64,000 bases of DNA from Octopus sinensis. Lineage: Eukaryota. The notes under the pieces were generated by a model. That model was given only the letters and a program-made list of their open reading frames with translations, had not been told where the DNA came from and ran no database searches. This document shows, in pieces, positions 50,761 to 62,010 of the stretch (its first letter is position 1; each line of letters begins with the position of its first letter). A program made the position numbers and the translations under genes. The DNA lies in contig NC_043005.1 in assembly GCF_006345805.1 (NCBI RefSeq), positions 102,920,001-102,984,000 of the forward strand, written 5' to 3'.

Positions 50761-51026
50761 TACTAGTGTGCGCGACAGAGGGGCAGACAGGAGAGGGAAG
50801 GAAGGAGGGAGGTTGGTAAAAACGGTAAGATAGCAAAAGAAAGAAAGAGAAAGACCCCAATAATATGTAAATAAAGGAAATTTATCTGTAAAATAATATG
50901 TGACAGTTATTCAATAGCCAACATAAACTCTGAGTTTCGTATGCCGAGGTGGAAATCCACAACCTATGTATATATATATAAATATCCATTTAAAATGCAT
51001 ACATACATATATATAATGTTTATATA

Positions 51027-51069
<43 letters not shown>

Positions 51070-51070
<1 letters not shown>

Positions 51071-54000
51071 TATTGTTATATTTCGGAATGGTCATATTGC
51101 CAGTTTAGCCAATAAAAACACACGCACTATATATTTGGTGTTATTTTGCTTCAGTGATATTTATTTTTTACATTAATCTTAATCTTATTTCGGCGAAAGT
51201 CTTTCGTCACACTCCTGTGACCGCATCAGTGGTCCTTGTTTTCTTCTCACTTACTTGTGTCTCTCCTTACAAACCGTCAGCCATTTTGTATACAAAATGG
51301 CTGACGGTTTATATTTATTTTGCTTCAGTGATATTTATTTTTTACATTAATCTTAATCTATTTCGGCCAAAGTTCTTTCGTCACACTCCTGTGACCGCAT
51401 CAGTGGTCCTTTGTTTTCTTCTCACTTACTTGTGTCTCTCCTTACTAACCGTCAGCCATTTGTATACAAAATGGCTGACGGTTAGTAAGGAGAGACACAA
51501 GTAAGTGAGAAGAAAACAAAGGACCACTGATGCGGTCACAGGAGTGTGACGAAAGAACTTGGCCGAAATAAGATTAAGATTAATGTAAAAAATAAATATC
51601 ACTGAAGCAAATAAATATAACCGTCAGCCATTTTGTATACAAAATGGCTGACGGTTAGTAAGGAGAGACACAAGTAAGTGAGAAGAAAAACAAAGGACCA
51701 TGGCGGGTCACAGGAGTGGTGACGAAAGAACTTTGGCCGAAATAAGATTAGATTAATGTAAAAAATAAATATCACTGAAGCAAAATAAATATAACCGTCA
51801 GCCATTTTGTATACAAAATGGCTGACGGTTAGTAAGGAGAGACACAAGTAAGTGAGAAGAAAACAAAGGACCACTGATGCGGTCACAGGAGTGTGACGAA
51901 AGAACTTTGGCCGAAATAAGATTAAGATTAATGTAAAAAATAAATATCACTGAAGCAAAATAAATTAACCGTCAGCCATTTGTATACAAAATGGCTGACG
52001 GTTAGTAAGGAGAGACACAAGTAAGTGAGAGAAAACAAGGACCACTGATGCGGTTCACAGGAGTGTGACGAAAGAACTTTGGCCGAAATAAGATTAGATT
52101 AATGTAACAATAAATATCACTGAAGCAAAATAAATATAACCGTCAGCTATTTTGTATACAAAATGGCTGACGGTTAGTAAGGAGAACCACAAGTAAGTGA
52201 GAAAAAACAAAGGACCACTGATGCGGTCACAGGAGTGTGACGAAAGAACTTTGGCCGAAAAAGATTAAGATTAATGTAAAAAATAAATATCACTGAAGCA
52301 AAATAAATATAACCGTCAGCCATTTTGTATACAAAATGGCTGACGGTTAGTAAGGAGAGACACAAGTAAGTGAGAAGAAAACAAAGGACCACTGATGCGG
52401 TCACAGGAGTGTGGACGAAAGAACTTTGGCCGAAATAATATTAAGATTAATGTAAAAAATAAATATCACTGAAGCAAAATAAATATAACCGTCAGCCATT
52501 TTGTATACAAAATGGCTGACGGTAGTAAGGAGAGACACAGTAAGTGAGAAGAAAACAAAGGACCACTGATGCGGTCAGGAGTGTGACGAAAGAACTTTGC
52601 CGAAATAAGATTAAGATTAATGTAAAAAATAAATATCACTGAAGCAAAATAAATATAACCGTCAGCCATTTTGTATACAAAATGGCTGACGGTTAGTAAG
52701 GAGAGACACAAGTAAGTGAGAAGAAAACAAAGGACCACTGATGCGGTCACAGGAGTGTGACGAAAGAACTTTGGCCGAAATAAGATTAAGATTAATGTAA
52801 AAAATAAATATCACTGAAGCAAAATAAATATAACCGTCAGCCATTTTGTATACAAAATGGCTGACGGTTAGTAAGGAGAGACACAAGTAAGTGAGAAGAA
52901 AACAAAGGACCACTGATGCGGTCACAGGAGTGTGACGAAAGAACTTTGGCCGAAATAAGATTAAGATTAATGTAACAAATAAATATCACTGAAGCAAAAT
53001 AAATATAACCGTCAGCTATTTTGTATACAAAATGGCTGACGGTTAGTAAGGAGAACCACAAGTAAGTGAGAAGAAAACAAAGGACCACTGATGCGGTCAC
53101 AGGAGTGTGACGAAAGAACTTTGGCCGAAATAAGATTAAGATTAATGTAAAAAATAAATATCACTGAAGCAAAATAAATATAACCGTCAGCCATTTTGTA
53201 TACAAAATGGCTGACGGTTAGTAAGGAGAGACACAAGTAAGTGAGAAGAAAACAAAGGACCACTGATGCGGTCACAGGAGTGTGACGAAAGAACTTTGGC
53301 CGAAATAAGATTAAGATTAATGTAAAAAATAAATATCACTGAAGCAAAATAAATATAACCGTCAGCCATTTTGTATACAAAATGGCTGACGGTTAGTAAG
53401 GAGAGACACAAGTAAGTGAGAAGAAAACAAAGGACCACTGATGCGGTCACAGGAGTGTGACGAAAGAACTTTGGCCGAAATAAGATTAAGATTAAGTAAA
53501 AAATAAATATCACTGAAGCAAAATAAATATAACGTCAGCCATTTTGTATACAAAATGGCTGACGGTTAGTAAGGAGAGACACAAGTAAGTGAGAAGAAAA
53601 CAAAGGACCACTGATGCGGTCACAGGAGTGTGACGAAAGAACTTTGCCGAAATAAGATTAAGATTAATGTAAAAAATAAATATCACTGAAGCAAAATAAG
53701 ATAACCGTCCGCCATTTTGTATACAAAATGGCTGACGGTTAGTAAGGAGAGACACAAGTAAGTGAGAAGAAAACAAAGGACCACTGATGCGGTCACAGGA
53801 GTGTGTGACGAAAGAACTTTGGCCGAAATAAGATTAGATAATGTAAAAAATAAATATCACTGAAGCAAATAAATATAACCGTCAGCCATTTTTATACAAA
53901 ATGGCTGACGGTTAGTAAGGAGAGACACAAGTAAGTGAGAAGAAAACAAAGGACCACTGATGCGGTCACAGGAGTGTGACGAAAAACTTTGGCCGAAATA

Positions 54001-54639
54001 AGATTAAGATTATGTAAAAAATAAATATCACTGAAGCAAAATAGATATAACCGTCAGCCATTTTGTATACAAAATGGCTGACGGTTAGTAAGGAGAGACA
54101 CAAGTAAGTGAGAAGAAAACAAAGGACACTGATGCGGTCACAGGAGTGTGACGAAAGAACTTTGGCCGAAATAAGATTAAGATTAATGTAAAAAATAAAT
54201 ATCACTGAAGCAAAATAAATATAACCGTCCGCCATTTTGTATACAAAATGGCTGACGGTTAATAAGGAGAGACACAAGTAAGTGAGAAGAAAACAAAGGA
54301 CCACTGATGCGGTCACAGGAGTGTGACGAAAGAACTTTGGCCGAAATAAGATTAAGATTAATGTAAAAAATAAATACCACTGAAGCAAAATAAATATAAC
54401 CGTCAGCCATTTTGTATACAAAATGGCTGACGGTTAGTAAGGAGAGACACAAGTAAGTGAGAAGAAAACAAAGGACCATTGATGCGGTCACAGGAGTGTG
54501 ACGAAAGAACTTTGGCCGAAATAAGATTAAGATTAATGTAAAAAATAAATATCACTGAAGCAAAATAACACCAAATATATAGTGCGTGTGTTTTTATTGG
54601 CTAAACTGGCAATATGACCATTCCGAAATATAACAATAT
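51070..54639. mobile_element. 175-bp tandem array (2 reverse + 18 forward units) with inverted termini; each unit has an HHR-like fold and a 40-bp palindrome (retrozyme/PLE pseudo-LTR-like)
   Basis: The 175-bp period is visible in ORF starts 52662/52837/53012/53187/53362. Unit: taaccgtcagccattttgtatacaaaatggctgacggtta (perfect palindrome) ..ggacca-CTGATGC-G-GTCACA ggag TGTGAC-GAAA-GAAC-TT-tggcc... The termini atattgttatatttcggaatggtc.. (51070) and ..gaccattccgaaatataacaatat (54639) are inverted. Orientation flips at the palindrome at ~51445-51485. Confidence 0.9.
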
Positions 54640-54754
54640 CTGTTTCAACACACGACTTCACATAAAAAATCTTGCACAACAAATATTTAAACATATATAA
54701 ATATATATATACATATATATATATGTATGTATGTATGCATTTTAAATGGATATT

Positions 54755-54799
<45 letters not shown>

Positions 54800-54863
54800 A
54801 TATATACATATATGTATATTTATACATATATACATATAAATATGTAAATTTACACACACACAC

Positions 54864-54900
<37 letters not shown>

Positions 54901-55550
54901 TAAATGCATTGTTCCTTTTTTGGAGGCGTATGAACAAAAAAGTGTTCCATCCATTGTGAGATAAGAACCATTTAATATACACTGGATTTAAATTCGGGCC
55001 ACTAATAGATACCTACTGAGCATTCACGATGATCTGACAAGCTTGTACAGGTTGTATAGCGTGTTGAGTATCTCTAGACGGTCTTCTAAACTTAAATATA
55101 CAACATGGCTCGTGCATTTAAAACTAAAAACAATAATGAAACCAGCTTGTTTTTCAGAAAACGCAGGTAAGGACCAAAGAAAGCTAGTAAATTATGATAT
55201 TTTCTTTTCTCTCGTTCCGCTTAATTTTTGACTCTTCTCGTTTTTTCTCATTGTTTAAACGAACCCGCCATATTGTATAATTGAGTCTGAAAGACTACTT
55301 CGATACTTTGAAACACAGCACTCTGCAGAAGCTTGTCAGACCAACATGTTTTCAAAGCATGAATCTAATAGCAGGTCGAATTTAAATCACATGTACGTAC
55401 ACACATATATATATATACATGTATACATACACGCATACGCACACATACATGTACACACGAAAACATACGCACACGCCCATATACATACATACATACACAC
55501 ACACACGCATATATATGTGTATATACATATATATATATATGTGTGTGTGT

Positions 55551-55581
<31 letters not shown>

Positions 55582-56217
55582 ATATATATATGCATATACA
55601 TAAATGTATGAGAGTGTATGTATACACACACACACATATGAACTGCATGCATATGTAAATATGAGAGCCGGTTTTTCCCTTTTTATGCGATAATGGCGTT
55701 TTGTCTTTTGTTTTGAATATTTGACTTACTTTCCGTTTTGGTTGAATATATTAATTTGATTCTGAATTCTAGTGTTTATTGACCATCATCTTTGATTAAT
55801 AGAATTCCTGTCAAATATGAATACCAATGTGTATTATTTCCATTTCCTTACTATTTTCTCTAATTATTTGGTTAGTTTTCTTTTATTTTTTAATTATTAA
55901 AGCTTTCTCCTGTCAAATGTGATACGTGTTATACTTTTAAATATCTGACAGATCTATTTACTTTTAACTACAAAATATTATGAAGAACGCAAAATGTGAG
56001 TAACGAATTTTATTTTCCTGTTAATATTCCTTCCTCGTACATCCATTTTAAATCTAATTTGTGTATAATATATATTGAATTTACTACTATTGAGAAATAT
56101 ATAGGTTGCTGTAGCTCACAATTCGACGACAGGATTATCTGTATTTGAAAAGGAAACTTATTCATATAGTTACATTTTCTTTCTCTCACACTCTCTCTCT
56201 CCCTCTGCTTATATATG

Positions 56218-56255
<38 letters not shown>

Positions 56256-56274
56256 TGTGTGTGTATATATATAT

Positions 56275-56328
56275 ATTTTATTTTATCTAGTTTCAGCTCA
56301 CGAGCTGTGGCCATGCTGGGCCACCGCC
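56275..56328 (-). mobile_element. SINE 3' tail fragment
   Basis: The reverse complement ggcggtggcccagcatggccacagctcgtgagctgaaactagataaaataaaat resembles the family A 3' end. Confidence 0.6.
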
Positions 56329-56357
56329 ATTTTAAAAGTTAAAGAACACAGACGGGC

Positions 56358-56430
56358 TGCCGTGACCAGGATTCGAATCTCGGTTACCACGGACACAACG
56401 TGGGGGTCCTAACCACTAGACGTGGACGGC
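56358..56430 (-). pseudogene. tRNA-His(GTG) pseudogene
   Basis: Reverse complement: GCCGTCCACGTCTAGTGGTTAGGACCCCCACGTTGTGTCCGTGGTAACCGAGATTCGAATCCTGGTCACGGCA. It differs from the invertebrate tRNA-His as I recall it by about 6 substitutions and 1 insertion, breaking acceptor-stem, T-stem and B-box positions. TTTT lies ~20 nt downstream. Confidence 0.8.
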
Positions 56431-56444
56431 GACTTGCCCCACTC

Positions 56445-56498
<54 letters not shown>

Positions 56499-56599
56499 GT
56501 ATGCATATATGTATATATATATATATATATATCTATATATATATATATAATATATATATATATGTATATATATGTATATGTAACCATTCTTAAATCCAT

Positions 56600-56960
56600 T
56601 CTTAATTTGGACATTCAACACAATATATACACATACACACAAAACCTGAACTTATTCTTTGTAAGAAATAAATCGGCTGCTGAACTCAATATAATTTCAG
56701 AGACTTGACCTCTTCAAACCCATTCCAACCCCTGCATAAAATAAAAGAAACTTATATACGAAGAGACTTTAAGAAAAACTATCATTCATATTCTTAACTA
56801 CACACAAAATACGAGAACAAACTGCCCTAATTTCTACTTTCTACGTTTTCTTTTCTAATCTTTGTCTTTGTATATTTAATGTTGAAGAAGATGGACATAG
56901 TCATCGAAACCGGTAATATTTTATAAAATTCACTTAATGTAACAAATATACAGCGTAAAA
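56600..56960 (+). mobile_element. Possible decayed PLE 3' end with HHR-like motif (56876-56920)
   Basis: Weak KIKETYIRRDF near 56740 (PLE endonuclease C-terminal style), then aatg-TTGAAGA-A-GATG(G)AC ata GTCATC-GAAA-CCGG-TA-atatt. Confidence 0.35.
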
Positions 56961-57092
56961 AGAATCTATAAACAGACTTCCGTGCTGTTTCTATTTTTAA
57001 TTCATAATTATAATCTTTGATTTGTATAGACTGTTAGGCCCTTCTCAACTATATTCATTTGGCAATCCCTCTCTCGCTCTCTCGATCTCGTC

Positions 57093-57139
<47 letters not shown>

Positions 57140-57269
57140 CACACACACACACGTATATACATATCCTGCGCATCGACAAAGGTACAGTCACAGAGTTGGC
57201 TACCGACGTATAGCCCACCGTAGCTGAGAGACCGCGCACATTATTTTTAGATCTAAGAATCCCACTGTT

Positions 57270-57467
57270 GTACTTAAATTCCAGATCTGAAACTTTTAGC
57301 AGAGTGAAGCATATGGACAAAATTCTTTTACCGTCACCACCCTCTGCACGTTAACGGTACACGTGTCTACAGATTGCTCAGCCACTTGCACATTCATTTC
57401 ACGAGCAGGCTGTAAAGGTTGGTCGGATCAACTAGAACCCTCGTTGTGTAACCGACGGTGTGCCACG
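57270..57467 (+). mobile_element. SINE family C 3' part
   Basis: gttaacggtacacgtgtc..ctcagccacttgcacattcatttcacgagcaggctg..ggatcaactagaaccctcgttg..accgacggtgtgcca matches 8400-8520. Confidence 0.7.
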
Positions 57468-57493
57468 ATATATATATACATATATATACATAC

Positions 57494-57549
<56 letters not shown>

Positions 57550-57685
57550 CATCAGACATATACATATATGTAAGTACATTATGCTCCAATTCTATGCTGG
57601 TTCTTCCACGATAAATATCCAACTCTATCTTCGTAGTTATACGAAAAAGATGTTGCCGGAATGACGTACGTATATATAGAATATA

Positions 57686-57718
<33 letters not shown>

Positions 57719-58887
57719 TGTATGTATGTATGTATGTATGTATGTATGCATATATATTGTATGTATGTATATATTCTGTGCTAGTGATCGTTAGGAGATT
57801 ATTTATTAATAGTAGCGTTGTGGAACTGATGATGTCGTTAGTGGAATGAGGTAGTTGTGAGGCGGAACACAAACGGTTAGTAATTCAATTATTCATGAAG
57901 CTGCGTGCAAACAACTAATATTTATAGACACACACAGCTCCATCAGTTTTGGAAGTTCTCTGAAAGTACTCTTGTGTGTCAGCTAAATGAGACAGACTAA
58001 TACGCGCACCAGCATAATCGATAGCCAATCACGTGCAAGTGTGCTGGAATGATATTTTGTTTTGTGCTTGGGTATAGTTTTGTGTGCGCGTGTTTGTATG
58101 CGCCTGTGCGAGGCTGCTCGAGTGTGTGTGTTTGTTTTGCGTGTGTACGGTATATGTGTATGCACTTGCGCGTGTGTGTATACGTGTGTGTTTGTGAGGT
58201 TGCTTGTGTTTGTGTATTACCGTATCTGTGTGAGTGTATTGTTGGTGTGTGGACCTATATGGATGTGCATTTATGTGAATACGCGACTATACAACTGACA
58301 GTGTGTGTGTCTGGTGTATTGCTTTGCGTGCTATGGTTTTAGACGTGAAGTGTGTATATATGCGCACATGTGTGTGGATTTGTGTGTCAGTGTGTATCTA
58401 GATGGCTGTCAGAACATATATGTGTTCAGTGTACCTGTAAGTATGGCTGTGTACGTGCATGATCAATATATGTGTGCGTGCAAGCTTCCTTTTAATTTTT
58501 CGATCATTTTATCTATTTATTCTTTATTTTATTTTCCTATTATTATTAATTTTTTTTTTTTTCTTGCAGCGTTTGAATATGAGAATGTCGGTGATTGTTG
58601 TGTTAGTACTGGGGCAGCTGGTAAGGAGGAGGGCAGTGGTGATACTCTTGGTTGTGGGAACGATGGTAGAGATGAGAATGGAGATAGTGATTATGTAGAC
58701 AGAAACGCAGCAGATGTCGGAGGAGATACATCGGTAAGAAGGTGCAGTAAAAGGAGAACTGCGAGGAGGAATGGTTGGAGGGGAGAAGGACATGGGAGAA
58801 ACGTGCGTGCTTTCCGAAACGAAACGCAATCGTAATATCGTGACAACATGTTAAATTTATGATGACACTGATGTGATGATAACGAGA

Positions 58888-58889
<2 letters not shown>

Positions 58890-58947
<58 letters not shown>
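58890..58947. repeat. (GAT)n microsatellite
   Basis: Direct reading. Confidence 0.95.
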
Positions 58948-60132
58948 GTGGTGGGGGTAGTGGTGCTGGCAATGGCGGTGGTGGTGGTGATTGTAGTTAA
59001 GTGCTTCGGTTACCTGTGCAAAGTTATACATTAACGTAAGCAGAATAGTGCTCCTATCATTATTTAATATGGGAATGATGTGTGCAATATAACGTGGTTT
59101 TTGCTTTACTTTTCTCCTCACGCCAGTTTAAGCGGATGATTTCACTTCTGGTAGATCTGTTCTCGGCTAAATACTGATTACGAAAATGGCTGCTTTTCAA
59201 ATATCTATGACTAAAAGGGAAGTAACTCTGCTAAACTTATAACGAATCGCTTGAAACGTTTTTTTCTAGTTTCTGTTTTCTTCACCTAATAACATCACTT
59301 TCAACGTAAACAATGTTCAGTTAATTCATGCGTGTATACGTGTGTGCATGTTTATGTATGTGTGTGCGTGAGTGAATATGTGTGTGTGTGAGTGTACATG
59401 CGTGTGTGTGTGTGAGAGAGATTTCTTTACTGTTGGAATAATGAAAATGAAAATAGCTAAATAAATACGGTGGCATCCAAGCAACGACGATTCGTATACA
59501 TTCACCTCTATGCTGTTGTTTCTATTATTTTCAAGTTAGTTAAACCAGTATGCTGGCAGACATACATGCATTTTATACATTTTCTTAGATATCGACCATT
59601 TCTTAATACATTTTGCATATATAACACATCAACAAACGTTGCCTCCAATAAGTTATATAGCCTCGGATGGTAGCCTACAAGCCACGCTTTTACTTCTTAC
59701 ATCAAGAGAAAACAAAAAAAAAGAAAACATACTTCAGTAGGTTTCTGACAAACTAGCTTCATTTCTTTCCTTCCTTCCTTCCTTCATTAACTCCCTCCTT
59801 CCTTTTTATCTCTTTTTCTTTCTCCATATTCTGTCTTCTTTCTTTTTATATATATATATTATATATATATATATATAATAAAATTCAAGCATAGACAAAC
59901 ATAAGCATATATATGCATGTGCGTATGTATGTATGTATGTATGTATGTATGTATGTATGCATGTATGTATATATGTAAGTATGTGTGCATGTACGTATAT
60001 ATATATATATGCATGTGCACGTATGTATATATACATATATATATAGATAGATAGATAGATATAGATACATAGATAGATACATAGATAGAGAGATACATAG
60101 ATACATAGATAGATAGATAGATAGATAGATAC

Positions 60133-60163
<31 letters not shown>

Positions 60164-60177
60164 CATACATACATACA

Positions 60178-60209
<32 letters not shown>

Positions 60210-60598
60210 CATATATACGGTAATTTTTAATACTTTTCTCGTTGTATTGCGTGTTCGTTTCTTTTTTGCATCTCTGAGTTCTTTTTAATCTTCTGTATAA
60301 ATAAAGATATTTCCTTAGTTTTGCTGTTTTTCTTTCTACAAAATGAGAAGATATATTGCAGAATCGTTATTTTAACCAGTTCTTTTCTATTTATCACCCG
60401 ACGAAACACATCTGCACCAACGGATGCTCTTGAATCAGTCGTTTAGCGTCCCACTCGTGAGGGATCAATGTTAGATATGTCGAAATAATTGTCGTAGTTA
60501 ATAATATTTTCTCGTATATTCCATGTAGATGAATAGAATAGAACTACTAACTATCAGTTCTGTTCTATTTATGTAAGTAGTAATGTAGGTATGTAGGT

Positions 60599-60776
<178 letters not shown>

Positions 60777-61444
60777 TAGTCAAATACGTTGTTCATCAAT
60801 ACACTACTCTGAATATTTGTTGCCTTGAAGTTATGCTTCTGCAAAGTAATATGCTGCACATTATGCCTTGTGTTATTAACGCAAGCCATAAATACACAGC
60901 GCTTTTGAAAGCAGGAGGGTCAGAATATTTTGCAATTCGAAATATTTTATTTTTATTTTTCCTTCACGAAAGAAGAACAGTACCTATATCACTTAAAAAT
61001 TATCGTGGGTGTGTTAGGAGGGGGAGAGGAAATTCTCACCAACCGAAAACCTGGCTTGATACAGAGTGAACTCGGGTATAAGGCAACCAATGTACCTTGT
61101 GGCAGTCTTAATCTCAATAGCTGATTAAACTTAACTTTCCCTATATTTCAGCAATTGAAATCTTTTGACCATTTACCCGTAATTTCTATTTTTCTGTTTT
61201 CTTATCAAATTATAATTAAATCGATGAAAATCAGTTGTGTAAATGAAAATCTTTCAGGTAAATCATAGTAATAGGTGAAGTTAATGTATTGGCTTGAGGG
61301 ATTTCAACTGGATTCAGTCATGTATCATTCTTGATTCGCGATCATTTATGCATTCTAAATTTTCTATGTTGTAACATACGTTATCAAGTTCGCATGCTAC
61401 ATAATAGTCTTCTGTCATATCATCATTAATTTGTAAGTTAAATA

Positions 61445-62010
61445 TTGGGTTGTCCGGAAAGTTCGTGCCGATTTATAGTAGCTTAACTTTCGACTTATTT
61501 TAGAACATGTTTGAGTCCATAAAATAGGATCTGACTACACCCCCATTTAGAGCACAGTTTAAGCTATGTTTTCGTGGCAGAAGGTTTATGTTCCTATAGC
61601 CTGTGTTAATTTTGTAACCCTTTAAAATGGAAGATAAGAAAGTTCATTTTCGGCACTTGATGCTTTGGGAATCAGACAAAAATTGCTGCAGCTCGGCTGG
61701 GATGTGTTACCCCACCCTCCATATTCACCAGATATTGCTTCTTCGGATTCCCACTTATTCAGGTCTCTGCAGAATAGTCTTAATGGTAAAAATGTCATTT
61801 CCTTGGATGATATAAAAAGATATCTTCATGAATTCTTTGCCATGAAACCACCTCAACTCTGGGAAGAGGGTATTTTCAAGTTAAAGGAAAGATGGAGACA
61901 CATTGTGCAACAGAATGGTTCATATTTGGTTGATTAAAAATGTAATGGCAAGTATTTATTGATCTTTTTCCTTCCTTTAAAAATCGGCACGAACTTTCCG
62001 GACAACTCAA
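61445..62010 (+). mobile_element. Internally deleted mariner element (566 bp) with 30-bp TIRs and TA TSD
   Basis: TIRs ttgggttgtccggaaagttcgtgccgattt / aaatcggcacgaactttccggacaactcaa (1 mismatch), with TA on both sides. The N-terminus MEDKKVHFRHLMLW is fused out of frame to RQKLLQLGWDVLPHPPYSPDIASSDSHLFRSLQN..WRHIVQQNGSYLVD*. Confidence 0.95.

Noticed and set aside
51154-54491. Repeated ORFs MTASVVLCFLLTYLCLSLL.. in the ORF track
   Set aside because: These are translations of the 175-bp repeat. The period is not a multiple of 3 and there is no domain signature.
51070-54639. CRISPR-like array (palindromic repeat with regular spacing)
   Set aside because: The sequence between palindromes is identical from unit to unit, so there are no unique spacers. 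There are no cas genes and the context is eukaryotic.
54990-55340. hAT/Buster-like BED-finger fragments (VLSISRRSSKLK; RLLRYFETQH)
   Set aside because: Similarity is too weak and no TIR or TSD was found.
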